63,151 bases of DNA, filler included, from Octopus bimaculoides (GCF_001194135.2; 8 parts of 7 records of this genome joined end to end with filler, not necessarily neighbours in it), one strand, 5' to 3'; shown: positions 37,101 to 48,767, counted from the first letter of the whole stretch. Translations and numbers: made by a program. Notes: generated by a model not told the origin, from the letters alone.

Positions 37101-38705
37101 CAAAATCTGAGCAAGTATAAAGATCTTGAAATAACAATTGGTAAAAGCTCAACACAAAAAAATACCTGTTGTCATAGGTGCCCTAGGAATGATAGCAAAA
37201 GGAATCGTTTGCTACCTATCCCAGATATCAGGAAATCCAAAAATGGAAGAAATTCAGAAAATAGTGCTCATAGAAACTATTCATATCCTACAAAATAGAT
37301 TGTCTATGTAATACCAAAGACATTTTAATCTTAAACAGTGTTAAAATATTTTTAAATGTACATATCATGTGTCCCCAGAAAATAAGACCTTGCATGATTT
37401 TTCAGGATGAATTTAATTGTTGAGAGCAGCAGACAGACAAAAGAAACAGGCAGCCTCTTCATATTGATTCAAACCACTTTGTTGCGATGTATACACTGTT
37501 CAAAATATCTTTTTGGTGGCTAAAAATAATGTCACAAAATCTGTCCTGGTGTCTCTTTCATAACTCAAATATTGCCAAGCTATATGTCAATCAACAGCCC
37601 TTGTTCAGAGCTTTCAAATGTATCATGTAACATTTCCTTCTGTGGTCAGTACTGGTCAGTAGATGCAAGAACAATAAAGTACACATTTTCTTTCAAGACA
37701 AAAAAATCTCTCAGTAAACACCATGATGGAACTGAATGGGAAATCATTTGTCAGGCCATTTTCACCCCAAGACAAGATGAGTGCAAGAAGAGTTATTCCA
37801 TCAAGTACAAGAAAGGAATAGTGGAGGAATCACTGGGCAAGAATCTTACTGTTTTACACAAAGAAAAGAATTTGGATCTCCGAATGGTTTTTGACATTGC
37901 AATAAATAAATTATTCAAGGACCATTTATGCATGGAAATCAATGACTACATTGAAATCAGAATAGTGAGAAATCAGCATGGAAATTTTGTGAATCCCAGC
38001 CTTGCAAGAGATCGTGACTTGTGTGATGAATTCATGGAACAAAATCACAGACAGCTGTGTTGCCAATGCACTATGAGCATGTTACCTAGACAAGAGCTTC
38101 TCATTTAAGGAGACCTCTGCTGCTCAATATCAGAGATTGAGGACAAAAGTTCTGCAAGAAATGGTGTCACACGAAAACTCCGCAAAAATTCTGAAATCCA
38201 GTGATTTGCAGAACAATGACATTTCAGAGGACAATGACATGACTGTTTTTGAATAAATTGTTGTTAATGAGTTTCTGAGTAAAATAACATGTAAATTGTC
38301 AAGTAACTGTAGATTGTTTGCATAATTTCTGCATATTTAGTAATTTTGTAATTTTCTGTTTCATAATGTCATTTTTCGGTACATGAAAAAAATATGAATT
38401 CACTTTAAAATAAGCCTTTGTGTGTCATTTCAGAGTGAAAATTAATATATGCTCTGTCTTATTTTTTGCAAAATACAATAATAGCAAATACATTCTACTG
38501 TCGTCTGAAAATCATACTATCATTTTATGATCAAATTACTTTTAAAACAAACTTCTAAATTGTATTTTCATAGACATTCTCGGCACCCTAGTCATAACAC
38601 CAACTTGAACTTCTAACTTGTTCTTTTGAGGTCTCTGGGTGAGACTTGGAGTCAACTTATACAAGTACAAAGCAAAAGCCAAACGTAATAATAATAATAA
38701 TAATG
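34156..38705 (+). mobile_element. Near-full-length, disrupted R4/Dong-like RLE non-LTR retrotransposon
   Basis: Frameshifted ORF 34156-~37320 with RRWSK*INAVVMECYY, NYRLISCLPLMWKLLTG, EQKGC..GTKDQ, RGIFQGDCLSPL, LLFMDDL, RLYVPRKRGGRG, a zinc-knuckle region (TCHVC), KYKDLEI and IQKIVL. The 3' UTR is interrupted by a pogo element and ends in (TAA)n at ~38687-38705. Confidence 0.9.
37365..38478 (+). mobile_element. Internally deleted pogo-family DNA transposon nested in the LINE 3' UTR
   Basis: Degenerate TIRs (..CCCCAGAAAATAAGAC / GTCTTATTTTTTGCAAAATAC) with TA on both flanks. N-terminal KSYSIKYKKGIVEES.GKNLT is fused to C-terminal INKLFKDHLCMEINDY..RNQHGNFVNPSL-QEIVTCVMNSWNKI. Confidence 0.75.
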
Positions 38706-39625
38706 ACGGTTAGCATATACTTTGAAGTCAAAATGCTGATGTAGATCAAGGAAGAACCCATCAGTGGCTGAAAAGTTCTGGACTGAAAGCGGATACTGAA
38801 GGTTTCATATTGGCAGCACGAGATCAAAGATTGCTTACGAAACCCACCAGGCTAATGATCTTCAAAACGGTTCTTGCCCCAGTGCAGATTCTGCAACACA
38901 TTTGATGAAACAATAGATCGTCTTGGGATGTCCTGTGCTGACACCAAAAGAATACAAAAATGATATGGTAGGACCATATTTACATTGGAACATTTTGTAG
39001 ACACTACAAAATCAGCACTCCTGCTTACTTATGAACATCATCCTCAGTCAGGTGTTGCAGGTAAAAATGTCACTATCCTCTGGGATTTTCCAGTCAGCAC
39101 TGACAGAACGATCCAAGCTAATCAACCAGACATAATTATTAAAGACAGAGAACAAAATACTTGTAGACTAATGGATGTAAGTGTTCCCATTGATAAAAAT
39201 CTACCTGTAAAGGAATTTGACAAATTAAGTAAATATAAGCTCCTGGAAAATGAAATACAAAAAGTGTGGCATCTTAAAGCTAGAATTGTTCCTGTTATTG
39301 CAAGTGTCCTAGGTATGATGAAAAAGGGATGTCAAAAACATTTAGATAATATCCCTGGAGAACCATGTCTCAGAAAAATCCAAGAGATTGTGCTGACAAG
39401 TACTGCCCACATCCTTAGAAAAACCCTATCCATTTAAATGTCTGTGTTACATTACATAAAGATATTTCACTGATGCCCCTGCCACGTCCACTCCCCAATC
39501 TTTCAGTCATACTGTAAAACCTCTTATCCTTCACTCACCCTAGGACATTGAGTATGTCTTGGCAAATGATTGTAACAAACATGCAGATTAAAAATAAACG
39601 ATAATAATAATAATGATAATAATAA
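38706..39625 (+). mobile_element. 5'-truncated R4/Dong-like LINE directly following the TAA tail of the previous copy
   Basis: WLKSSGLKADTEGFILAARDQ..ILWDFPVSTDRTIQANQPDII..MDVSVP..KLSKYKLLE..TAHILRKTLSI*. The 3' UTR ends in (TAA)n at ~39600-39635. Confidence 0.85.
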
Positions 39626-39659
39626 TAATAATAATAAGAAGAAGAAGAAGAAGACTGCT

Positions 39660-40380
39660 GACAATAATGATTTCTTTTATTTACCACCAGGGTAAAGGAT
39701 GTACAGGACAATACAAAGACACATGAAAAGTGTTGAGGTTTACATATAATGGAATGATTAAAAGAAAAAGTAAGAATGAAGAGTATATATGGCAAATATT
39801 AAAAGAAGGGAAGTATACACAGCATACTACAGTAAGAGAAAGGAGTGATAGTGTTGGGGCTATCCTGATACAGGAGGACTTCTAGGTATAATCGAGGAAC
39901 CCCATCATCTAAGATTTCCCTGAATATCAATGACAAGTGCCCTTTCCAACTTCTTTTCTCCATTTCAGAGGTTTACACTTAGAGAAGTACCATTCACTCT
40001 TGACATTTTCTCAATTTTCCCTCTCATTTTGATAAATTCACACAAGAATAGCACATCCCCCCTCCCACCTTCACTTGAAAAAGTCGATGAGGTCTTTACC
40101 AAGGAGGAATGTTTCTATTCTCATGCCTTTCAGCCTTGTCCACCAGACAACCTCTTTTGCCACATTCAGCAGGCAAAGGAAAACTGCATAGTCTGCTGAA
40201 TTAAAGGAGAGCAGTAGGGCAATCATCACTAGGGACAAGGCCAACAGATGGATCCGTCTCACATGTGACAGTAGCCACTTGACATAACTCCTTAAGCCAG
40301 CAATGCACAGACACTGAATGAGTGTGTGCAGAACAGTTTCGTTGCACTGCACAGACCTTGGAAAAACATCTGAAGGCACA
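39660..40380 (-). mobile_element. Tx1/L1-like LINE 3' fragment
   Basis: PRSVQCNETVLHTLIQC..VFLCLLNVAKEVVWWTRLKG..DLIDFF resembles the C-terminal zinc-knuckle region of Tx1/L1-clade ORF2. The 3' UTR ends AATAAAAGAAATCATTAT. Confidence 0.7.
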
Positions 40381-40399
40381 TCTGTGCCTAATAATAATA

Positions 40400-40612
40400 A
40401 TCTTTTCTACTATAGGCACAAGGCTTGAAATATTAGGAGAGAGGATTGATTGATTACATTGGCTCCAGAGTTTCTCTGGTACTTTTTTATCAATCCCGAA
40501 AGATGAAAGGCAAAGTAGACCTCAGTGGAATTTGAACTCACAACGTAGCCACAGACAAAATACTACTAACCATTTCATCCTTCAAGCTAACAATTGTGCC
40601 ATCTCACTGCCT
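40400..40612 (-). mobile_element. Meta-like SINE between (TAA)n tracts
   Basis: TTTTCTACTATAGGCACAAGG..GAAAGATGAAAGGCAAAGTAGACCTCAGTGGAATTTGAACTC..CTAACAATTGTGCC. Confidence 0.75.
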
Positions 40613-40636
40613 TGCCTAATAATAATAATAGTAATA

Positions 40637-41152
40637 AGTGGTTCTCATGGCTTCTGATCTTAACTGATTGGAGGTGTTATCATGTACATTGTTTTCTCTT
40701 GGTATAAAAGATTGGCTACAGCAAATATTCTGCTCAATACCACAGATTTGCTTGTCAGTTGTTTGACCTTAACCAGTTGAGCATGTCTCTTAGAGACTGA
40801 CAGAATGTGCACCTCTGATTACAAGCACAAGTAGTGAGGGAGCATCATAGTTCTTTGAGGTTTGAAAACTTCACATCTGGAAACATGGGTATTTTGGTCA
40901 TCATCCTAAAACAACCATTATTCAGGAACATTTTGAGTGGGATGGGCTACTTGACCTGAAGAAAATTCTAACTGAGCCCTACCTATAAAGTCATGTGCTA
41001 TTTATCTTGATATGAAATCACCATGTCATGCACATATGGTTGTGATGCATGTGACTGATGTACCCTTATCAGATGGGTAGTCATGATGAGTATATTAGGC
41101 TTTGTATACTTTACCCCAATGTCACTTTGATGGCATGTGCTGCTCCCTTGAC
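40637..41152 (+). mobile_element. ~517-bp non-coding element embedded in (TAA)n (copy 2)
   Basis: Colinear with 7383-7900. Each copy has its own ~16-17-bp deletion relative to the other. Confidence 0.75.
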
Positions 41153-41204
41153 AATAATAATAATAACAATAATAATTATGATGATCATGAAAATAATAAC
41201 CCTT

Positions 41205-41405
41205 TCTATCATAAGCACAAAGCCTGAAAGTTTGAGGGAGGTATTATGTCGATTACGTTGATCTCAGTAATCCACTGGTACTTAATTTATCTACCCCAAA
41301 AGGAAGAAAGACAAAGTCGTCCCCAGCAGCATTTGAACTCAGAATGTGAAGACAAAATGCTGCTATGTATTTTGCTCATTGTGCTAACGATTCTGCCAAT
41401 TTACC
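41205..41405 (-). mobile_element. Meta-like SINE between (TAA)n tracts
   Basis: CCACTGGTACTTAATTTATCTACCCCAAAAGGAAGAAAGACAAAGTCG..TTTGAACTCAGAATG..GCTAACGATTCTGCC. Confidence 0.7.
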
Positions 41406-41421
41406 ACCCAATATAATAATA

Positions 41422-41497
<76 letters not shown>

Positions 41498-41499
41498 GG

Positions 41500-42445
41500 A
41501 CTCATAAAAATAAGGACTCATTAGAAGAGGAATATTCCAGGGAGACACGCTCTCTCCATTCCTTTTCTCTTGGTACTGACACCTTTGTCTGACATGCTAA
41601 ATAGAACTGGATGTGGGTATAACTCTTACGGCAAAACAATCACCCACCTCTTGTATATGGATGATCTAAAACTGTACACTACAAATGATAAACAGCTGGA
41701 AGCATTACTACAGACAGTACATTGATTTACCAAAGAAATAAATAAGGAATTTGGCTTAGAAAAATGTGCCTAAGCAACCATGGAAAGAGGAAAACTAGTT
41801 AAGAGTAGCAACAACACACTAGATAAAGCAAATGAAATAAGAGGATTAGGCCAAAGCCAGGCATACAAATACTTAGGAATCAATAAACTAGATATGATAC
41901 AACACACAAATGATAGGGTGGCTCAGGACTCGAAGCAGAGACTGAAGGATTTTTAATTGCAGCACCAAAGCCTTCCCACCAGAAATTACCAAAACCATGT
42001 ATTGAAAAGAAATAACAAGTAACTGCAGAATATGTGGAGATGGAGAAGAAACAATAAATCATATTGTCTCTGGCTAAGAAGCAATATATTCATGGACATG
42101 AAAAAGGTGGGATCTATATACACTGGAAGCTATGGAGTAACAACAGAAAAAAGATGGTATTGGCACATGCTAGAAAATGTTACAGAAAATTAGAAAGCAA
42201 CCTTACTCTGGGGTGTGCCAATATACAAAGATAGAGAAACTAAGGCCAATAGGCCAGATATAGTTGTCAGACATCACCAAGAAAAAAAAAATGCTTTCTA
42301 ATTGATGTATCAATACCAACAGAGAATTGGAGAAACTTTCAAAATACAAAAATCTGGAAGTAGAGGTAACTAGAATGTGGAGTCTAAAAACAGAAACAAT
42401 TCCTATTGTAGTAGGTGCATTAGGTATAATAAAAAACATTCAGAT
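41500..42445 (+). mobile_element. Third R4/Dong-like LINE fragment with several internal deletions
   Basis: It starts immediately after (AAT)n. RGIFQGDTLSPFLF..HLLYMDDLKLY..FGLEKC..ETEGFLIAA..CRICGDGEETINHIVS..RPDIVV..KLSKYKNLEVEVTRMW. Confidence 0.85.
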
Positions 42446-42631
42446 GGCGGCGATAGAGAATTCATGCAACAGTACCAGGCTACAATTTTATAACTGTCTG
42501 ACAACATTGCACAAAAATCATGTTGCCAACACCTTACTGAGAGGAAGATTTCTAAAGTAAAAGTTTAAGATGCTATTACAATATTATTATAATTGTTAAG
42601 ATATCTAATGTCTTCATTTGCTTTGTTTCAG

Positions 42632-42764
42632 GAAATCCCAATTGTAAGGCAAACAACAGCACATGTCCCACTGAAATCTCTACTTATAGTGCAACAATTT
42701 TGATGTGTGTATATGTTTTACTAACGAATATTTTACTTCTCAATCTATTAATTGCCATGTTTAG
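42632..42764 (+). CDS. TRPM: Internal exon of a TRPM-family cation channel (outer pore loop and S6)
   Basis: Acceptor TTTGTTTCAG ends at 42631 and donor GTAAGA starts at 42765. Frame (x)NPNCKANNSTCPTEISTYSATILMCVYVLLTNILLLNLLIAMF(S) carries the TRPM S6 signature NILLxNLLIAMF. The subfamily cannot be assigned by eye. Confidence 0.9.
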
Positions 42765-43148
42765 GTAAGAACTTTTACTTTACATGTGTATGAGTGTGTG
42801 TGCTAATTAAGACCTAGTATGAGGGTAACATACGTTATTGGATTTCATTGTTAAATAATTGAAATGTATACAAAATGGAAACATAAGATAAAACTTTCAA
42901 CCCATATTCTTCACACACCCACCATCCACTGCTGATCTCTCTTCCCTTCTCCCTCATGTACCTGTCCACACACTCTGCATGCCTTCACATATCTATCATA
43001 CCCACCTCCCAGCCTCTCCAATTCCTCTCAACATCCCTTGCTATTTTCTGTTATCTCAAAACATCTCCTCTCACACTTTTAAGGAACATCCTCGTCTTAC
43101 CCCACTGTGCTACTTATACTACCCTTCACTGTTCCCTGTGGTCAGGCC

Positions 43149-43230
<82 letters not shown>

Positions 43231-43344
43231 AACTCTTTCCTTGTCCTACCAAGGTAGCCAAGTATCCACTTGATAGTAAGTGGGCTACTTTTATCCTAAG
43301 ATGTCCCATCATACTCTAATCCCTTGGTTCCACTCTCTCTATTT

Positions 43345-43682
43345 CTCAGCTGAGAGGTCCTTGTCTTGCAAACTTGCAGATGTTGGCACTCACATAAAAT
43401 GAACCTGTGGTGATGCCACATATAAAGTATTCATGCCAGTTCCACGTATAAACCACCCATGCTGTTGCCACATATAATGCACCTTTGGTGGTGTTTCATG
43501 AATAGCACCAATTATGCTCTGTAGATTGGTTGTCATTAAGAAGGGCATCCAGCCATAGAAACCATTTCAGAATAGACAATTGGAATCTGGTGCAGCTCTC
43601 TGCTTTGCCAACTCCTATCAAATTGTCCATCAATGTCATCATGGGAAATGGACATCAAAAGATAATGATGATGATGATGACA
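43345..43682 (+). mobile_element. RTE-type LINE/SINE 3' end with (GAT)n tail
   Basis: Internal short GCCACATATAA(A) repeats, then AAGAAGGGCATCCAGCCATAGAAACC..CATGGGAAATGGACATCAAAAGATAATGATGATG. Confidence 0.55.
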
Positions 43683-43766
43683 TTTCTACTTGTAAGAAAA
43701 TCCAGAACATTACCATAAGGAAAAGTTTTTAAAATATTCACCAGTTAATGTTCTGAATGAGTTTCT

Positions 43767-43815
<49 letters not shown>

Positions 43816-44559
43816 ACTCTCTTAACACCTCTAATTACATTCATATGTACTAGATACTGATACACTGAATTCTCAGAGCCAACCTGTAGCTTTTAAATGC
43901 TTTTACTCCAGGTCACAAATATATACAAGTTGAATAAATCACAAAAGGTATTTACAAGTGAAAGGCCATGTTCAGCTTCTGTGTATCATATATCATAGCT
44001 ACTCAAGGACTATTGGTTGTTGTGTGCCTCATGCAAGACCTAAGGAGTTTACGTCCTTGAACTCTACTGATTCCGGTGACAAAGAGGAAGAACCAAGTCC
44101 CTGGAACTTCAAAGTTACATGCTGTGATACCTAGTGGCAAGCTATTTAGACAACTTTTGTCAGGGAAGATAACTGTGCCTGCGCTCCTTCCTTAGACTGA
44201 AAACAGTTGAACAAAATGGAGGTGGGCGAAATGTATGTGTGCGATAGAAAGGCACAGAAAAATGAAACATGGTAAAACAGTTGTATGAACAATGCATGTG
44301 TAGAAACACAGAGGAAACAAGCAGAAAGAAATGTCTGTTCTTGTAGAGAACAAAATGTGTGATACACAGAATCCAAACTATGGCAGAACAGTTGAAAAAT
44401 ACAATGCAAATGTGTACAAAGAAAGAAATGTTCAGGAAAGAAAGGTGTCCAATCAAACAGAACAAAGTATTATACAAAAATCTTGCTGAAAGATGTGTGT
44501 ATGCTGTGTAAGTACATATATAAAGTGTTTCTTTGTAAGTGAATATGTGAAAATACACA

Positions 44560-45720
44560 ATGATACAGAAAGAGAAGAAATATGAGTGTTGTGTCTATAA
44601 CACGTAAGTCTAATCTCTCGAACAGTTACCGGCAAGACAAAGTTAAGAAATGTAAAGAGTCTGAGACAATTTCTTCAGCCAATGAACTGATCTGCCAGAA
44701 GGGTGAAGAATGCATTTGTGTAGTTGGTGTTCTGGTGAGTGGAGATGGTGTTTGTGGAATGATAGGTGTGTCTGCAAGTGGCTTAAATGTTTCAGAAAAA
44801 GCTTTTTTAACTCTGTCAATAAAGACAGTCTTTTTTCTGTGAATGTCCACAGTGAACAGTTTTGGTGTGCTCCAAAGAACATGATAAGGACCAGAGTAGG
44901 AGGTGTGAGTGGTCCTTTGACGGCATCATTTCTTACAAATACATGAGTCCAACTAGAAATATCTGGAGGTACTGCTGATCACAAGGAAGCATTTTGTGGC
45001 AAGTTAGCAAAGAATGACCTGAGTCGCATAACGTAAGATGCAGGATCTGCATTCAGTAACTTGACGGGTACCAACATTTGGCCAGGAAGTGCCAAAGTGG
45101 TGCCATACAAGAGTTCAGTGGAGGAGTAGCCTAAATCCTCCTTAACAGCTGAGCAGCAGCGCAGCAGAACAATGGGGAGAAACTCAGACCAACGATGAGG
45201 ATCAGGGGCAGCACAGATAGCAGCTTTAAGCTGGCGATGGAACTGTTCCACCATCCCATTCATGGCAGGATGGTGTGGATGTGCTGAACTTTGAGCAATC
45301 TTGAAAGCTCACGAAACAGACAAGCTTCAAACTGGTGTCCATGGTTGGTGGTAATTCTGGAGGGTGCTCCGAAGTGAGCTAGCTACCCAGAGATGAAGGC
45401 TCTGGCAACCAGGCCATCTGTAGAATTGGTCGATGCAGGTCAGGATATAAGTAAATCCACAACTGACTGACCAAGGACCAACCAGGTCGATGTGAATGTG
45501 ATGGAATCTGGTGTCCTGTAGATTGAAATGATCAAGGGTGCTTGCACATGAGGATTCACCTTGGAAAGCTGACACTGGAGGTAGGCACGTGACCAAACAG
45601 TAATACACTAACATATATTCGACCAGAAAAAGTGGGCCGAGATAAGCTAATTCCAGAGTGTGACAGCAAATGCAGAGCATCAAAAACAGCATGACAGTGA
45701 TATAAATGATAATATCAAGT
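44560..45720 (-). pseudogene. Gypsy/Ty3 LTR-retrotransposon integrase remnant
   Basis: VFDALH.LSH.G (HHCC), RFHHIHIDLVGP, YILTCIDQFYRWP, NGMVEQFHRQLKAAI, VKEDLGYSSTELLYGTTLALPGQ, THVFVRNDAVKGPLTPP (GPY-like), TVFIDRVKKAF. Confidence 0.85.
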
Positions 45721-45794
45721 GGCGAACATGCCATAACAGCCTTGTGGCTGAATTATACTAAGATAATAATTATATATATAAATTATATGATTAT

Positions 45795-46165
45795 AGGTGC
45801 AGGAGTGGCTGTGTGGTAAGTAGCTTGCTTACCCACCACATGGTTCCGGGTTCAGTCCCACTGCGTGGCACCTTGGGCAAGTGTCTTCTACTATAGCCTC
45901 GGGCCGACCAAAGCCTTGTGAGTGGATTTGGTAGACGGAAACTGAAAGAAGCCCGTCATATATATGTATGTGTGTGTATATGTTTGTGTGTCTGTGTGTG
46001 TTTGTGTTTGTCCCCCCAACATCGCTTGACAACCGGCAAAAGAGACCGATAGAATAAGTACTAGGCTTCCAAAGAATAAGTCCTGGGGTCGATTTGCTCG
46101 ACTAAGGGCGGTGCTCCAGCATGGCTGCAGTCAAATGACTGAAACAAGTAAAAGAGTAAAAGAGT
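45795..46165 (+). mobile_element. SINE family A, well-preserved copy
   Basis: Clean head, internal microsatellite, and tail ending (GTAAAAGA)2. Confidence 0.9.
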
Positions 46166-46168
46166 ATA

Positions 46169-46618
46169 TAAGGGAACAGGTAAAAATCCTACTCTAACAA
46201 GTTGTAAGAATGCGCCAAAAAACATTATAAATAAAATATTTATGCTCCAGATTGGAATTGCACTGCTTTGAGGCTATTTCAGTTTACAAAATACACGACT
46301 GAAATGAAAATTAAAAATTTGACTTTATTTTGAAGCATAAGCGTGGATGTTTGCACATGATTGTACGAATTTGTTTCCTGGGGGTATGTATAAATATTTG
46401 TGACTATGTTTCTTTGAATATTGTGCTGAGGATGAGAAATAAGGTATTTTTTCTGCTTTAATCTCGAAATTGGATCACTACAATTAACTGTGGAGTTTTA
46501 TTTTGTATTTTTCATTTGCTCATCTACAACCCATATTTTTGCAGGAGCTAAAGGTAGTTTTATAGCATTTTTTGGTGTATTCTTACATGTTCAAACAGGG
46601 TTTTTTCCTGTTCCCTTA
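46169..46618. mobile_element. ~450-bp MITE with ~60-bp imperfect TIRs and TA flanks
   Basis: Left TA|TAAGGGAACAGGTAAAAATCCT..GTAAGAATGCGCCAAAAAACATTATAAA. The right end reverse-complements to TA|TAAGGGAACAGGAAAAAACCCT..GTAAGAATACACCAAAAAATGCTATAAA. Confidence 0.75.
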
Positions 46619-46730
46619 TATAGTTATATAATTTATATAATTATTATTTTAATATAATTTAACCACAAGGTTTTATAGCATGTTGGCCACTTGATATTAT
46701 CATTCACATGATTTTATCCTTGTTTATGTA

Positions 46731-46763
<33 letters not shown>

Positions 46764-46864
46764 NNNNNNNNNNNNNNNNNNNNNNNNNNNNNNNNNNNNN
46801 NNNNNNNTTAATTAATTAANNNNNNNNNNNNNNNNNNNNNNNNNNNNNNNNNNNNNNNNNNNNA

Positions 46865-47165
46865 TTAAGTACTAGTTACGTATTGAGGTCGATGTAATCG
46901 ACTTAATCCCTTTGTCTGTCCTTGTTTGTCCCCTCTATGTTTATCCCCTTGCGGGCAATAAAGAAATAAGAAACGTTAGCACACCAGGTGAAATGCTTAG
47001 CGGTATTTCGTCTGCCGTTACGTTCAAATTCCGCCGAGGTCGACTTTGCCTTTCATCCTTTCGGGGTCGATAAATTAAGTACCAATTGCGTACTGGGGTC
47101 GATCTGATCGAATGGCCAACCGCCTCCTTAAACATTTCGGGCCTTTTGCCTAGAGTAGAAAAGAA
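46865..47165 (+). mobile_element. Two adjacent Meta-like SINE pieces (tail of one subfamily, then a 5'-truncated copy)
   Basis: 46865-46970 matches the tail at 56343-56450. 46970-47165 matches the reverse complement of 22441-22657. Confidence 0.8.
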
Positions 47166-48137
47166 AACATAAGAAAAAGAATTTGTGTTTTTTCAATTTT
47201 GTGTCCTTGTGTTGATAAGTAAGAAAATGTATCTAGCCTTCATTTTATACTCTTATGGTTTAATATGTAATGCGGAGCGAACAGGAAGAAAATATAAGTC
47301 AAAAAACAAAAGAAGCAAAACAAAAACAAAGTAGAAAAATTTAATATAAATAAAACAGTCACGGATCAAAAAAGGTATTAAACGGAAGTTTTAGTTTTTA
47401 CACGACTATACTCAACACTACATAGCCATGTTTTTATATTTTATACTTTATCTTTCACATTCTTTTTTATTAATATCCGAATGAGTTATCTGACACGGAT
47501 ACTGTAACAACATATTTCTTCTTCTGTTACAACTTTTCTGATATTTCCTTCATTTTTGGCATTAACGGGAATGGTAATATATAATTAAATTAATTATAAT
47601 TAATTTAATGTTTCCATGCTTCTAACGTATTCGTATTACCATTTGAAACGATCGTATGCATGGATTAAAATGTAATCAAACTTTTAACATCTCTTCTCCA
47701 TCTTTAATTGCTTGTTGAGTTGATACAGGATTGTGTTTTATAAATGCTCATAATACACCTTATGCTTGTATAGTTTTCATATTTTTAATAATATACTTGC
47801 AAATAGTAAGCTACAAATTTAACATGAAGAATCTTTATTAGAAATCTAACGTTGGACCCCACAAAGTAAAAATGTTCTAATTGATATCAACCTTTCTCTT
47901 ATATATATATATATATNNNNNNNNNNNNNNNNNNNNNNNNNNNNNNNNNNNNNNNNNNNNNNNNNNNNNNNNNNNNNNNNNNNNNNNNNNNNNNNNNNNN
48001 NNNNNNNNNNNNNNNNNNNNNNNNNNNNNNNNNNNNNNNNNNNNNNNNNNNNNNNNNNNNNNNNNNNNNNNNNNNNNNNNNNNNNNNNNNNNNNNNNNNN
48101 NNNNNNNNNNNNNNNNNNNNNNNNNNNNNNNNNNNNN

Positions 48138-48209
<72 letters not shown>

Positions 48210-48350
48210 TCGGTATGAATGTATGTATATGTATCTATGTACAATGTGCCAGTATTCGTGCGTATGAGCATGTCGCAGTTGGTGCGACGAAAATTCTTGC
48301 TCTAGATAATAACTAAAGAATAACCGTTGCACTGAAATCAACAGAGCTTA

Positions 48351-48403
48351 TGGTCAGTCTCTGAATGGTCAGTCTCTGAATGGTCAGTCTCTGAATGGTC
48401 AGT
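48351..48403. repeat. 15-bp minisatellite, 3.5 perfect copies
   Basis: (TGGTCAGTCTCTGAA)3 followed by TGGTCAGT. Confidence 0.95.
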
Positions 48404-48616
48404 GTATGTTCCACGCTTTAATTGTTTTAGAAGCAGACATTCATCCATTCGTCCATTCGTCCATGCATCCACCCATGCAAATATGTAGGGGTGTGTATGT
48501 ATGTATGTATGTATGTATGTGTGTGTATGTATGTATGTATGTATGTATAGACCACATGTGGACTGCTGTATTTTTTTCTTACGTTTACCTTTTCTCTTGG
48601 ATTTTCCTCTGTCTCC

Positions 48617-48654
48617 TATTTCTGAAGAAGAGCTTTTGCTCGAAACATAAAATA
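48617..48654 (+). ncRNA. Minimal type I hammerhead motif with a mutated stem III
   Basis: TATTT-CTGAAGA-A-GAGC-TTTT-GCTC-GAAA-CATA-AAATA. Intact core, 4-bp stem II and 5-bp stem I. ACAT replaces the palindromic ACGT (CpG-type change). Confidence 0.65.
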
Positions 48655-48728
48655 CCCTTTCATTTCCTTGCGTTCTTTCTTTTGGTTTGTCTCCCTTTTC
48701 TTTACTCTCCCTTTTCTGTTTTATTAAT

Positions 48729-48767
<39 letters not shown>

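Noticed and set aside
48351-48403. Short direct repeats considered as a CRISPR array
   Set aside because: The units are head-to-tail with no spacers, there are no cas genes, and the context is eukaryotic.
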